Part shown: piece after piece, positions 1 to 14,510 of the stretch
Numbering within the stretch: the stretch's first letter is position 1
How the letters are laid out: each line of letters begins with the position of its first letter
Source: Paraspadella gotoi
Taxonomy: Eukaryota; Animalia; Chaetognatha
Reading direction: 5' to 3'
DNA length: 64,000 nt
NCBI GenBank assembly: GCA_051294375.1
Contig: CM119266.1
Span: 27,080,718-27,144,717, forward strand
Translations under genes and position numbers: made by a program
The notes under the pieces: generated by a model
What the model was told of the DNA's origin: nothing
Database searches by the model: none
Seen by the model: only the letters and a program-made list of their open reading frames with translations

Positions 1-1079
1 GCCGCAATTTCACTTTTCAGTCACATAAAATATCTTTCTTCTCTGACTTCTCCTGGTTACGAAAAAAAAAATATTTGTGATAGCCTCGAACGTGCAACCT
101 TCGCATCTTAAACAACAATCAGAATTCTCTCTCTCACTTTAGCTTTTGCTCTCAAGCTCTCACTCTTTGACTCACTCTCTCTGTGTCGCTTTCTCTTTGT
201 TTCTGCATCAATTTCAGAACTTTATGTTGAACTTTATAGTAGTAATTATACTTTTTCAAAAAAAGAAGAATTCTACGACTAAAAAGTATGATTTTCGTCT
301 CAATAAACCGTTGGGGCTCCCTCTGTGAGATTCTTTCCTTTGTTCACTTGTTTCCTCTCTTTCCCCTTTCCCACCAAGCGTGCAGCCTACCATCCTGCCC
401 CCAGCGAGCGGGCCAAGAGCCCCCGATCGAGCCAAAGGCCAAATGGTCGATCCAATTGGCCCTCTCCAGAACTCGGATGGTCCAGGTTGGCGCGAATCGT
501 GAATCAGCGGGTTTCGTGAAGCCTTTGCTCTTTGTCCGCGGATTGGGACGAGAGGAGATTCGATCACGTGATTTTTAAACGGACACCTGACGGATTCGAT
601 GAAAGCGCTCTCGGGAGTCAAGTGGAGACACGGCAAGAGTTCGTTGGAACTAAAAGGAAAAAATATTGGTCGTTAATAAAAAAAAAAAAATTGTTGTTTG
701 CGAAGGAAATAAATGTTGATTGCAATCGCACGCGAGATTTATTACCTGCGATCACGCGATGAGAAATCGAGGAAGCTCCCGGCTGGACACTGCCCACTGG
801 GCACAGTGGGCAGGTAGCTCCGGGGGCGGTTCGGCGCGGAGCGGAGGCGGAGGCTGTGGCGGCGGCGGAGGCGGAGGATGTTGGCGCGCGGCGCGCGGCG
901 CGCTCCGGCGAAAGACTCGACGAGGGTCAAAGTTTTGGGGATGAGTTCGAATCACGACGTGTGAACACTAACAGGAGGAAGGGCGACGACGGTGACGACG
1001 GCGACGACGACGACGACGCCAGAAGGCATCCAAGGTCGCGGAAGATTCAATGAAAATCTCTTGACGACGACCATGAAGA

Positions 1080-1200
1080 TCGACGACGACGATGATGATG
1101 ATGATGATGATGATTGTGATGATGATGATGATGATGTGATGATGATGACATGAATGATCATGATCATGATCATGATGATGATTGATGATGATGACGATTA
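1080..1200. repeat. (GAC)n/(GAT)n trinucleotide microsatellite
   Basis: Imperfect gacgac/gatgat run read directly; explains poly-I/S/H ORFs here. Confidence 0.9.
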
Positions 1201-1623
1201 TTATTTTCTGAATAGAATAATGACGACGCAATCCTTAGTAAGAATCTTTGCTGACAAAAAAATCAATTGGGATTGGTTGTTGTTGTTGTGTTGTTTTTAG
1301 TCTCGTTGTTTGTTTGTTCTCGCTCTTGTTTTGTATGGAAACAAGTGCTATTACGAAATTAGTACAGGAAATATTAAAAAATTATCATCTTTTATAAATA
1401 AGCTACGATATTTGCCTCATACCTTGGACCGGCTATATTTGTAAGAAATTTTGCATGTATTGCAAAGTTTATCTTGCAAGATTCGTCGTGGTCATCATCT
1501 GTTTCGAGTCAAAAGTTTTTCATCTTCGTCTTCGTCGTCATCATCGTCGTTTACTTTGACGTCAATTTTTTTCGAATTAAAAACGTTTGATCGTTTCTAA
1601 TCCTGATTCCTGAGTAGAAGAGT

Positions 1624-1671
<48 letters not shown>

Positions 1672-1674
1672 AGA

Positions 1675-1713
<39 letters not shown>

Positions 1714-1725
1714 CGAGAGAGAGAT

Positions 1726-1771
<46 letters not shown>

Positions 1772-2112
1772 TGCTTGAGAGTAAAAAAGTTGCTTATCGC
1801 CTTTTGTGGAATTTCGAGGGCGAAAATTCATTTGGAGAAAAATTCACCTCGAAAGCCGTTATCGCTGAAGAGAAGAAGAAAGGTCGAGAACAGAGATTGA
1901 GGGAGAAACGGAGAGAGAGAGAGAGAGAGAGAGAGAAGAGAGAGAGACGAAGAGGAGAGAGAGGAGAGAGAGAGAAGAGAGAGAGAGAGGAGAGAAATGA
2001 GTGGAGTAAAGATATTTGGCAGACTAACTTTACGCGTTTTCTGAACCCGAGATGAACGAAATCCTTATAACGTGATAACGATCCCCCTCTCACTGAGAGA
2101 AGAGAGAGAGAT

Positions 2113-2182
<70 letters not shown>

Positions 2183-2735
2183 AGTGAGAGAGTCCTTCCT
2201 TTTTCGCCCTCGTCCGACAGTTTTTAAGTTCTTCAACAACGAGAGGAATACAGCGATGTCGATAACATTCATAATTTTAATTATTGTTATAATTTTTATA
2301 CATTGTTTTGCTTAAATAAATCTCATGGTTATTTCTGTCATATAAATGCAAAATCGTTTCTCCCTAAACTGTCATGAGATCATCATTACTTTCATCATCA
2401 GTTCATTCAATTTCCTTCTCCCATCGCGTTTGATGAAAAGTCGATAAAAATTAATAAAAAATTCGTTTGAAAACCAGTGAAAAAATAACCACAAAGAGTC
2501 TGTCGTTGTTGTCGTGTTGTCGGTCGTCGTCGTCGTTCGAGACAAAAGGGTCATCCTCGTCATACTCAGTCAGCTCAGCGAACCAGAAATCCCATTAACC
2601 TCAACGAGACCATTGTAGGCTCTCTTGAGGCGATCGGGCAAGACGGGGGGCAGAAGAAGAAGAGAGAGAAGAAGAAGAAAAAAAGAGAGATGATGAGTTA
2701 AGGAGAGAGTAGGAGATATGAGATGGAGAATAGAA

Positions 2736-2770
<35 letters not shown>

Positions 2771-3665
2771 CTTGCGTCACTTCGAGTAATTGATGAGTCT
2801 ATTTTAAAAACCAAAGCGGGTTAGTTTACCCAAATGGTGTATTCTACTGTTCTACATAAATACAGTAAATGTGTTAGAATCAAACTGATCCTATCTTATG
2901 AAATAGAAAAGTAAACTCTTTTCTCTCTTCTCTTCACGTTCTGTTCACCGCCAGTGTTCACGTAGTTTCACCCTCATGATTCACCGTTCAGTGTTCACCC
3001 TCAGGCTCAGAGTTTTCGTCTTCATAAAATAAAAATAAAACTCCGAATGTTTTTTCAGCCAAAAAAAAGCCCTTACGACATGTTCAGCCTCTTTCTTAAA
3101 CACCCCCCCCCGCGGACTACCCACACCTCTTAAAGAAAAAGCCCCGATTGAGGCCCGGAAAAATCTGCCCTCGAATTGCCCCGCTCGGATTCGGTTACGC
3201 ACGGTCGGATCTCTCTCTTNNNNNNNNNNNNNNNNNNNNNNNNNAAGTAACCAATAATAAAATAAAATATTTCGTGAAAAAATATACTGTAAAAACTATG
3301 ATGAGTCTCGTTTAACAAACTAAATTCGCATTTACCCTTGACACTCGACAGATCACTGCGCCATCAAGTCCGTGAGTGATCGGTCATCATCGGCCAATTA
3401 TTGCAGATGGACTTGAATCCCTGACCGGACGGAGACGATTCCGCCGGACAAATCTGAGTCGATCGATTCGATTGACCCAAATCTTTGTACGAGAATCGCG
3501 GACACTTGGAAAAAAATGTCATCGGCCTTTTTTGTCTTTTCTTTTTTTCGATGAGGGAAATCACGCGATTGAAGGTGATGACGACGACGACGATGAAGAA
3601 TAAGACGATGATGTCGATGACTACGACGACGAGGTCGTCGAAGGAGACAATGAATTCGATGACGA

Positions 3666-3697
<32 letters not shown>

Positions 3698-3957
3698 CAA
3701 AGTTCCCTTCGAAGGTGAAAGGTTTTGATGAACTCGCCTTCTGACGAAATCCTCTTTAATCTTCTTGTGATGCTGAGAATGCAAAACGCTCAACCTTTTC
3801 ATTCTCTGAGATTGACGATCCCTTTGCCAATCTGATTGAGAAATTACTTCACTGAATATTCGTCAGACGGATCGACAACTCGAATCAAGCTACTAAATTG
3901 AAAGCAATCCGTTTCTTCGGTCAATATCTTTGTAATTTAGTGTCCGCAATCTTGGTT

Positions 3958-4065
3958 GGGGTCGCAAGCTTTCCCTGGCCAAAATAATTAGTGGCCGCAA
4001 GCTTTCCCTGGCCAAAATCATTAGTGGCCGCAAGCTTTAAATGGTCCTAAACTTGCCTGGCCAAA
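3958..4065. repeat. ~32-bp short tandem repeat (about 3 units)
   Basis: gtggccgcaagctttccctggccaaaa(t/a).. repeated 2 full plus 1 degenerate time. Confidence 0.75.
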
Positions 4066-4278
4066 ACTTACCCTAGTTACATTCTTGCCAAACTGCACAT
4101 GACTACAAATGGTCTCAATATTATCAGGCCTGCATAACTGGCCCAAATCTTTACTGGAAAACTCGATATCCCGACTGGATAACATTAATAACAACAACAA
4201 CAACGCGATGAATAAGCGTGGATGACAACAACGACAACATAGTAGATCCCTCGTTCAATATCGTTGCGAAAGAAAAAG

Positions 4279-4305
4279 TGATCCCGACCGAGATTCGAAC
4301 CCGAG
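4279..4305 (-). pseudogene. tRNA 3'-end fragment (T-arm + acceptor strand, tRNA-Trp-like)
   Basis: Minus strand ctcgggTTCGAATctcggtcgggatca followed by ctttttc; B-box/T-loop present, 5' half of a tRNA absent. Confidence 0.35.
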
Positions 4306-5348
4306 ATAAAACGAGATAAGGGGATCGAGGAAAGGAAAAAGAGGGGAGAGAAGATAAGGAGGGAAAGAGAAGAAAAGGGGAAAAAAGAAAGGTGAGGCGG
4401 AAAGAAAAAAGGAACTCCAGATCATAATGAGGTAAAAAATGAATAAAAGATAAAAGATGCCGTGTTACGTTCGGTAAAATTTATACTTGTTATGGATTCG
4501 TGATCAGAGCTGGACGATTGTCACTCAAAGGGACTGATCAATAATCAGTGATCACTGATCAGTGTTCACAGTTGTTTCAGGCTGAAATATACAACAAGAA
4601 TATTATCATTCCAGGGCTGATAATTCTTTCGAATCATTTGCGAAAGTTAAAAATTGTTCTTTTCCTAAACAACCTTGGATAATATTCAATCCAGTCCGCG
4701 CATTAAGTTAAAAAATCCGCTGGGATTAGGAAAGAAAGGGAAGAGGAAGATGAAAGAGTAAAGAGATTAAGAAAAGTTGGGAGAATGAAGGAGAGAATAA
4801 GAAAGAGAAAGAGATTAGGGGAAGAGAGACTAGGAAAAGGGGAATAGAAAGAAGGGAGAAGTAGAAAGAGAAATGAGAGAAGAAAGGAGAGAAAAAGCCC
4901 AGAGGCGAATGAAATATAAACACCACGAGTACACAGGGTAACAAACGAGGAGGATTGGTGATCTTACAGTCCGAGGGTCTTAGGTTAAGTGAACCCAAAG
5001 AAGGGAGGAGAAGGAGGAGGAGGAGGAGGAGGAGGAGGAGGAGAATCCATTGTTGGAAGGTAAATAACAGCAATGGCAGGGACGGCGGGAACAACAATGC
5101 CGACAAACGAAATTGGAGGTTGTGAAGGAATGTTGAGATTGTTTTAGCGAAGGAATAAATGAATAAATAAACCAATTAATCAAAGAGTGTTTAAATTTAT
5201 GAATAAGTGAATGAATGAAGCAATGAAAGAATGAATGTATGAATGAATGAATGAATGAATGAATGAATGAATGAATGAATCAGCTTTGTTCTTATTATTA
5301 GGAGGATAAAGGAGTTCGCCGCGTGAATCCCCATGTCACCTAAACGTG

Positions 5349-5388
<40 letters not shown>

Positions 5389-5908
5389 TTTGAGGCGGGT
5401 GAGTGGTGAATTTGTTCTTGTGAAGTGAATATCGTGAGAGTCCTCGCGCGTCGCAGAAGTTGTCATTCCGTAAATCTCTCTCTCTCTCTCTCTCTCCCTC
5501 TCTCTCTTCCCTGGGAACGGATTCAATTGAATTCCCCTTCCGTCTGTTTGATTTTCATAGTTTGTCACCAAATTCGTCGCTTTTCCCAAAACTTTCTCCA
5601 AAATCGAGGATCGTATCACCAACCTGCCTTTCCTTCTCTTTTTTCCTTCTCTTTTTACTTCTCTTTTTGACGCCTTGCCTATTTTTTTATTCCTTGCATA
5701 TTTTTAAACTTTTTTCGTATAATATTTTTTTTTTTACAATTTTTTTTTGTTTTTATTTTTCAGAACTTTATTCCTTTATTCTTTTCTTTCATTGTATTTT
5801 ATTTCTTGACTTCATCATAAATTATGGTATTTTTAAAAATACCGAAATATACGGTAAAATTTTTCACGGACATGATACATAATAATTAATAACGATGGAA
5901 ACATACTA

Positions 5909-6386
5909 TGAAATATTATACCCCTTCATTGACAGGGAAACCGGATGCTCTGGGAGTGAATGAACGAGTCTGTGAGAGAGTCTTGATTGAAAGATAGGTT
6001 ATTGTCTTGTTAAAGTGACGAAGACCTTAAACCACCAAAGCATGTCCAAAGTCTGGGGCAAGATAGCTAATTTTTTGAATGAATTGATAAATTTCTTTAT
6101 TGGTTGTACTCTGGAAAAGGTTAAAAGTGGGCAGAAGACTACTTCGCGTGACAACTATGCCCCCTCAGCAGCAATGGAACGGGTTCTGGGCCGGTATGCA
6201 CTATGCAGGCTTGAGGGTTTCCCCAGGATCAAGTCGGCTTGGTAAGTACCGGGGTGGGATTGAACCCGATACCTAGTGGTTATGAGCTGAAGGCTTTACT
6301 CAAAGAGCCTCCGGGTCACAACTGAAAGTGTCATGCATATCGGCGGTTTGAACTTAGGCAATGCCCAACTACAGTACAAATTTCAT
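5909..6386. mobile_element. Diverged copy of the ~264-bp TG..CA element at 55436-55699, interrupted by a solo LTR
   Basis: 5923-6085 (ccttcattgacagggaaaccggatgctctgggagtg...tgtgagagagtcttgattgaaag...ccttaaaccacc...tgtccaaagtc) aligns by eye with 55501-55660; ends aaatttca after the inserted LTR. Confidence 0.6.
6110..6373 (-). mobile_element. Solo LTR, tRNA-containing TRIM family 2
   Basis: Homologous to LTR 53499-53782 (starts tctggaaaagg vs tgtggataagg; ends ggcaatgcccaactaca); 4-bp TSD GTAC at 6106-6109 and 6374-6377; minus-strand B-box ggttcaatccc and anticodon-like ctcataa. Confidence 0.8.
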
Positions 6387-8429
6387 GTTACTTTTTGGTT
6401 TTGACTTCTGTGCATCATTTCTCTTATCAATTCTCTTTTTCAATTCTTCAATTTTTCTTCTTCCCTAAATTATTTTAATTTCTTCTTCTCTTTTCTCCTT
6501 TTTCTTCATTTTCAACTCAACTTATTTCACCTCAATTTTCATTTATTTTCATTTCTCATCCGTGTAAGAAGGGGAAAGCTCCCTTAATTTGCCCCGTGGC
6601 GTTTTTGACAAACATATTTTTTTTCGTCTTTGCTATCGTCTTCGTCGTCGTCATCGTCGTCACCGCCTTGGCGCCTCTACATTATTGTCTCGATCGTTAA
6701 TATCTTCTTTCCAGTTTTCATTTTCATAAAAGGGTTTTTTTTTTGAAGAAAAAAAGTTTGCGGTTTTTTTTTCAGTGAGACGTTGTTACTCCTGTTATTG
6801 CGGTTATGTCGTGGTCACTGTACTTGTTGTGGTTACTAATTACAGTCGTAAAACCATTAAGAAACTGAGGAATCCGGAGAATATCTAAACCGAAGCCGGC
6901 TGCGGTAATTGTTTTATGGCGTCAATGTGATTAACTCCTTCAACGAGATGTCGTTGTTAACGTCAACCAGTAACAATGTTTCCAGTCATATTTTTTAGTC
7001 ATCATCTTCGACAGCATTGACGGCATCGAGGGCATCGAGGGCATCGAGGGCATCGTCCATTGTCCTCTCATCATCAATCTTTTCATTTCGCATCCCTCGT
7101 TATGCATCGCATGCAACAGAAATAATCAAAGGATCAAATTGCTGGACAAATCTGATGATGATGATGGCGTCGACGACGACGAGGACGACGACGACGACAT
7201 CTACCGCCAGGGATTTCGTTTCGACGACGAGATTATAAACAAACGTACAAACAAAAGGGATTTTTGTTGTGGCTATTTTCGAAACTCGGGAGCCGAGGAA
7301 AGCGATGCCGGGCAAGAGAAACGGGGTCAAAATACGACGAAATTTGTTAAATAAGTTTTATCTTTCAAAACAACAAAATTTATCAAAAATAATAGGAAAA
7401 ACGAAAAATGAGAGGAAATTCGAAATTCGTGTTTGGTTCCGAAAAACAAAAAAAAAANNNNNNNNNNNNNNNNNNNNNNNNNAAGGTTTTTATCGTCAAA
7501 ATTCATTCATTCTCTCTTTTCTCTCTTTCTCTCTCTCTCTCTCTCTTCTCTCCTCTCTCTCCTCTCTCTTCCTCTCTCTCTTTATCTTTCTTCTACGCTT
7601 TTCCTTTCTTTCCTGTTCGCCAAGGATTTCCAAGCTTTCCTTTTCTTCTCGTGTTGAAAAATCGAATTCCTTGACTTTCCTTTTTCCCTTTAAATCAACT
7701 TTTAGATTAAATGAGAATTTTTTTTTTTAAAGAAAGTTTTCTCTTAAAAAAGAATTTATCAGCGACAAAATTTCTATTCCCCCTTCCCGTCTTAATGTCG
7801 GGACGAGATCGAAGAAGAGAGAGGTGGAGATAAGAGAGAATGAGAGAGAGAGATGATGGATGAGATGGGGGAGAGATGAGAGAGAGAGAGACGTCATGTC
7901 TTTCCGTCCCAAAGCGAGGAGTTTTAATTAAAGGCTTCTTGAGTAAAGACTCGTCAAAAATTAAAGAAAATTGAGGGAGAGAAGCGCGACGGCATTTAAG
8001 TGAAGGAAAAACGAGAAAAGAGAAACGTCAATTTAATTCACTTAAAAGGGATTTCTAGACTCGTGAGAGAGAGAGAGAGAGACGAGAGAGATAGAAGAGA
8101 GGAGAGAGAGGAGAGAAGAAGGAGATAGAGAGAGAGATAGGAGAGACGAGAAGAGAGAGAGAGAGAGAGAGAAAGGGTATAGAAGCTGAAACGCATAGGG
8201 CATTTGGAAAAGAGAAGGGACTCGACGAGACAGCAGAGACAGGAAGGACGAAGAAGACAAAGAATGCAAGCAATTCGACCTTGATAGGGACCCGAGAGAT
8301 AGGAAAGAAAGAGACACAACACAGATAGACGGAGACAACGAAGCAGAAAACAGAAAGGCGACAAAGATAGAGAGATTATTTCCCAAAAACGACATTGGAG
8401 AAGACCTAGATCTTTCTTTAACAAACGAT

Positions 8430-11400
8430 TGTTTTGACGGTCGTGCGGCCGACCTGAGCCGTATCCGCGCCCCTCGATAAAGTTTTCAATCTCCGGGTAA
8501 AGCTCATCCGTACGCGACGCACATCGCGATCGAGTACGGCCCACATAATAATAGGGAAAAGTTTTACAACTGTCAGTCGCGAGAAAGGTGGAAAAGGGGG
8601 ACAATTAGTATCCGTCTTATTTTTAACTTTAACCACAAATGTTTTAAGAGAGAAGAGTCTGTTGCCTCTAGAAACGTTCAACTTTTTAACATCTCGCCGT
8701 TGGGTTATTTTTTAATTGATTTCTATATTTTACGTTTTATTTTTATTTCTCGAAAATTTAAGAAAATTAATTTCTACACCTCGTTTTTATGAAACAAACA
8801 TTTTATCTCGCCGATATCCTCGTCGCCGAGGAATTGTATTATTTATAATGTGATGATAATATAGTCTTCAAGCCAAAACTGTTCACGAAAAAAACTGGAA
8901 GGCGGTTGGAATTTATGCAACTTAAGTACAGCCAATGCCGGAGTATAAGATCGAAATCTACAGTAAAGGCACAAAACATTTAAATCGTACGTTCACCAAG
9001 AAAAATCTCAAGGATCGCGTAACGGAAATGTAAAATCAAGGCGCTTCAAAGAAATCTTTCACCGCGAATTCGAATCAGTCATTGCATCTTTTGTTCGTGT
9101 GGAGACCCTTTAAAGTGAAAGACTGTGAAAGGACTGTTATGACTTGTAATGAAATCACGTTGTCGCTCGAAAATTAATTGCGCTAAGGCCTAAACTCGAT
9201 GGCCGGGGAACCCATGAAACCCCTCCGGCAGAATTTCAAGGAAGCTCTTGACGCCAAAAAGCAAAATAAATATTCGGACGTTCTTTCTCCCTGTCTCCCT
9301 CGCGTTTATCGATGCGCGGCGACGAGCGATGCCAGAGGAGAGAGGATGTCGAGATTGGCTCCCTCCTCCTCCTCTTGATTCCGTTCCAAGAGTTGGCTGC
9401 ACACTACAACGGCTGGGAGTGCGGCGGCCCGCCGGTTCTGCATATCGCACTGCGGAAGGACGTCGCCCGGCATTAAGATAAGGATTAGATTAGGATAAGA
9501 TGAATCTCGATTTGAATTTATAAGATTTTTGAATAAATGAATGAAACTATATTTGATTGTCCGTTTTCCTTGTTTTCTCTCCTTTCCCCTGTTCGTCCTC
9601 ATGCTCAGGACATTCTTTCCCTTTCGCCGGTCGGCTCGACTTCAGCCTGACGGGAGCTGAGGATCGCCCATCAGTGCTGGCCGGGAACTGAGTCAGGTGG
9701 AGAGTGAAGATAAACAAACCTTCCTATGCCGCCTCGGAGCCGGTTGTGACCGCTCTGGGACTGCTGGACAGGACAAGTGTTGACAACATGGGAGTCTGAC
9801 CGAGTTTTAAGGCAAAACCGTGATGAAGTAAGTGCGGCAAGGGCACACTGAATGCCATGGGAAAAGCCTGATACAACACGGGATTGCTAGAAGTCCCAAC
9901 TATGCCCACCCCCTAAGTCCTTCCTTCCCTGAACCTGCTTGTGGAACTTTTGTATGTCCCTCCCACTCAAATGTAAGTTAAGCCTAGAGTGATAATCTTC
10001 TAATCTGACAGGATGATGAAGGGCAGCTGCAAAGGAGGGGAGGGCTTGATCCAGAGTCAGGATTGCCCCAAGTGGAGCCGCGGGTGGCTCAAGCTTGCCT
10101 TAGTAGGAACACTAAGGGACGGTCCACTCACTCAAGCAGAAGGTCTAGGAGTAGAGGGATGAAGGCTCGGTCAGGTCGGTTCTTCTTAATGGATCAAGCA
10201 TAGAAGCTCTCGTTCTGTTCAAATCTTTAAAGGTAGAGCTGGCAGCTTTTAGAAGCTGGTGGCAGCAGTGGAGGAGAGATGAGATTTAAAGAAAAGAGAG
10301 AAAATGGAGCTGAACAAAGAAATGGAATTGGATTAGAATTGGAAGATTTGGCAGAAAAGAAAGCCTTGGGCTGAGACGAGAGCTAGATTTGGGAATGATT
10401 GAAGCTTATTGATAATTGATGGGAAATCTTTCCCCTCCTTGCAGACCCTCCCCACCTTCAGATGAACGGTGTCGCGGACTGGAGATCAACACTCGTCCGT
10501 GACGACAATGGAGAGCAGAGGATTGCTTGGTCATCACGGCAACATCCGGTGACCCATCTGCTTCAGTGGGTGATCATGGAGCCAACATCGAGCCGGTGTC
10601 TCTCCTACTGGAGCAGGGAAGATCCAACCAAGACTGACAACTCTGAAAAACAACAAAGGTCAGGATGTTTGCTACTCTGAAACCCTTTGGCAGGGGTTTG
10701 GGTCCTCAGGACCTATTATTAATCCCCTTCCCTTTTTGGTTCCATGTCGCGGGCGCCTGTGGTCAGTGGAGCATTTCCATCCTGTCGGGTCCTTCAGCAA
10801 ACCCATCATGACCCATCAAGATTATGCCTTGCTGCACATGGGTTGGCAAGCAACACTCTTCAACGGAAACGTCCATCTCAGGGTGAGAAGAGAAATGGCA
10901 GTGGGAATTTTCCCGCTGGGTGTGAGCATTCCTGATGGAGTTTGCATTACATGTTTGAGAGTGTAGTGGGTATGTCAGGGCATGACAAGTTTTTTGAACT
11001 TTAAGAATGGACCAAAGGTGCCTGCCTATCAGGCCATTCAGAATTTAAAATGTGTGCTGATGGTGATCAAGCACTGGAACTGCTTAAGGCAAGGTTAGAG
11101 AACATTGGGGTTATCAAAAAGTGACTGCTCTTGATAAACTGAAGACTTTCTTGAAGAGGCGTGAGGTGAAAGCCTCTGACATGATGGTCTACGCTGAGCT
11201 CTGTTGGGAAACTCCAAAGGATGGCTAGAATCGCTGAAATCAATGGAGATTTCAAAGTAATTTGGTTCTATTGACGTCTGAGAAGGATCATAGAGCGCCC
11301 GTCCCCTTCATCAGGAATCTTGGAGAAAGTACCACCATTTAAGATGACAGTAAGATGGAACAAAGTCTGCTGGTTTTGTTGTTTTTGTTTCCTTTCTTCA

Positions 11401-13930
11401 GGATCGACGTTTGGAGATGGGAATCGCCCTTTTATTCAAGGACGAGCTCAGCTGGCTTAAGCAGCAACAAGACGCAAGGATCTGTTCCACTGTCAAGGTC
11501 ATCGTGTCCCAGGCATCTGTGGATCCAGAATCTGAGAAATCCCAGAGGGCCGGGCTGGCGGGAAGCCTTAAGCAGCTGCCAGCACAGCAGTCAGGAAAAC
11601 AGGCAGAGAGGTGCCTGAGACGTCTTCATCCTCTGGGAACACCTACTCCACTGCTGAAGGAAGATGTTAACTGTCAAGCATGTAAGTCTGATCATGCATT
11701 ACTGATGCCAACTGTTCATTTCTAAATCTTGCCTTGATCGAGTCTTTCAGCTGCGGGACTACTGGAAGCTGCTTTAGATGCTGTAGACGTGGACATATTG
11801 AGTCAAGATTGCCAGGCAAAAGATATTTGTAGCACTGTAAATCGGAACAACATTCATACTTTGCTCCATCGAAGATGATGCTCCACCAGCACAAGTCTCC
11901 AGTGCCAACAGGCTTTCAGGTGGCATCATCCCCAGCCTACCGTCCCATTGTTTGCGATTTCGCGCTAAGGTCCAGACAAGGTGACAGAAGTTTATGCTTT
12001 ATTGGATTCTGGCAGCATCGAATTTGTGTTCAAGGAGGTTTGTAGAGGAGTTGGGCTTGAAGACAAGCTCAGTAGAGATGCAGGTGGCCACTCTTGACAC
12101 CACAAAAAGGGTGAAGAGATCAGGTTCGATTTATTTTGGAGTCTATTGATGGCTCATACATGGAGGCTGTTGGAATGCGTGGTTGTTAGCAGACATGCCT
12201 GTTTAGCCATGATGCCCAGACTCTTTAAGAACTCAGAAATTCTTAAGTACCGCATCTCATGCGAATGTGGACATTCATGAGTTGACAGAAATGAAATTGG
12301 ATGTTATTTATTGTGCTGATCTCTGGCACACTACTATGGTAAAGTTTGAAAATGCACTGGTTTGGGAAGCTTGCCTCTGCATGTCCAGGAGGTCTTTGAG
12401 GCCCAACCAGTCTGATATAGACAGACACTTAAGATTGATTGTAGCAGCAGGCTGCTCCGATAAAGCCTATCTGAGGAGTTTGAAACCGCAGATACGATGC
12501 CGATCTGTGGTGAACCTCCGAAGAGGGTGGCGGGTCTGGATTGACAGCTTGGTGCACACTTTGCGGGGCATGGACTGTGACGGGAAAAAGGCCTTCCAGA
12601 CCGGTTCTGTCTAGCTTTGATTTCCCTGAATCCATCTTCTACTATAAGAATGTTTTAAATTGTTCAAAGAAAAGCATGATTTAGCCCCGTCAGCAGATTT
12701 GCAGCAAACTCCTTCAAAGTGTTGCTCCGCCTGTTCCAGAAGCTGGAATCTGCCTGATGGAGGGGGCTCCGCCTTAAGCATGACCCAGCAGAGAAAGCAA
12801 AGGTCATGTGGGCGGAACGTAATGCACAAAGACGAAGTAAAAAAGTAAATGAAACAATGAATTGACAAACTGACTGAACCTTGTTGGACAAGTCAGACAA
12901 GTGGTTTTAAACGTCAGAACATGTCAAAGGAAACCTGCGGTGAAAGACTGAAACAGTGAAAGGCAGGACTCGTGGTCAGCAGAGAAAGGAGGGGGGAGAG
13001 CCTTTCAAGGGTCCCCTGACGGACGCGGAGAATTTCTTCCCCTCCCCTCATCCAAAAAAATTCTGCATAAACAGAGACCGATGGCGACGTCGCCGTCTGG
13101 AAAAAAAGTAAGGATTTGGTTTTATTTTGTAAAATTTAATTATTAACCTGATTGTACACGGAACTCTTAAATACGATTTTGATTTGATTTGACTTGATTA
13201 TATTGAACAAGTAATAAGACGTGAGCGAGATCTCGCCGCGCGAAATTTGTTAATTTACATTTTACAAAGTTAGAAATCGTTCTCCCTTTCTCGAATTTTT
13301 TTTGTTGACGCGTTCGTCTGACGCGAAAGATCTGAAGATTCTTTTCCCTTTTATGGAGAGGGAAAAGTATTTATTTATGTTTTAATTTAATGGGGCGTAC
13401 GTAGTATATAATTTTATTGCATAGAACTATGATTGTAAGTTTCCTGAAGTTCAGGAACTTTGTCTGTAGCATGCCTAAAATTGTTTTTAGTTTGAATTTT
13501 GGACTAACCCCTTCTTTTTATTTTGATCTAAGAACTAGTTAACTAAATTTAATTTAAATAAGTACTTTTGATTTGAATTAATTACTGATACTAATCCTTT
13601 TTCTTAGCAAGATTTGAAATTTATTGAATAGTAACCCTTTTCTTCAGCCTCAGTATAAATTTTTTGAAAATATTTTGAAAATGGAAACTTTTTTTTGTTT
13701 GAAGCAGCCTCTCATCCGATTCCGAGGTGATCAGCGGCCGTAGGTCAGTGGACCCGCGGAACTCCGGCGGGGCCCGAATTCGAAAAGGCTCGAATGGAGG
13801 GGTGTGTTTTGACGGTCGTGGCGGCCGACGCGTGCGTTCCCGCGCGGAATAAAAGTTCAACTTCGCGGAGTCACCGGGCGGACGACCAATCGCGACGAGA
13901 CGGTCACTCGATTGCTCTAGGGAAAATTTT
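8430..13930 (+). mobile_element. Noisy copy A of BEL/Pao Gag-protease LTR element (3' LTR truncated)
   Basis: 5' LTR 8430-~8978 preceded by ACGAT; internal region colinear with 15307-20238; 3' LTR starts ~13805 after ggagggg PPT and breaks off ~13930. Same 5' flank as copy B. Confidence 0.8.
9720..13135 (+). pseudogene. BEL/Pao gag-protease region, copy A (many frameshifts, probably sequencing errors)
   Basis: Motifs across frames: CQACKSDH, CFRCCRRGH, EVYALLDSGS (~11987-12016); start position uncertain. Confidence 0.65.
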
Positions 13931-13968
13931 ATGTCTTTATCGCGTGCCGATCTCGCGCTTATTTTTTT

Positions 13969-14007
<39 letters not shown>

Positions 14008-14475
14008 ATCTTCTTTTCACGCTTTCCTTTCTTTCCTGTTCGCCAAGGATTTCAAGTTTCCTTTTTTTCTCGTTAAAAAATCGATTCCTTGACTTTCCTT
14101 TTTCCCCTTAAATCAACTTTTAGATTTAAATGAGAATTTTTTTTTTAAAGAAAGTTTTCTCTTAAAAAAGAATTTTATCAGCGACGAAAATTTCTATTCC
14201 CCCTTCCCGTCTTAATGTCGGGACCGAGATCGAAGAAGAGGGAGAGGGGGGGAGATAAGGAGAGAGAGAGATGACTGAGAGATGAGAGAAGGAGAGAGAG
14301 AGAGACGTCATTCCTTCCCGCCAAACGAAGAGTTTTAATTAAAGGCTTCTTTGAGCCTAAAGACTCGTCAAAAATTAAAGAATAATGGGGAGTAGAAGCG
14401 CGACGGATTTAAGTGAAGGGAAAACGAGAAAAGAGAAACGTCAATTTAATTTTCCACTTAAAAGGGATCTAGACT

Positions 14476-14510
<35 letters not shown>

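Noticed and set aside
370-960. GC-rich possible coding exons at window start
   Set aside because: Several frames open but no recognisable motif or consistent splice structure.
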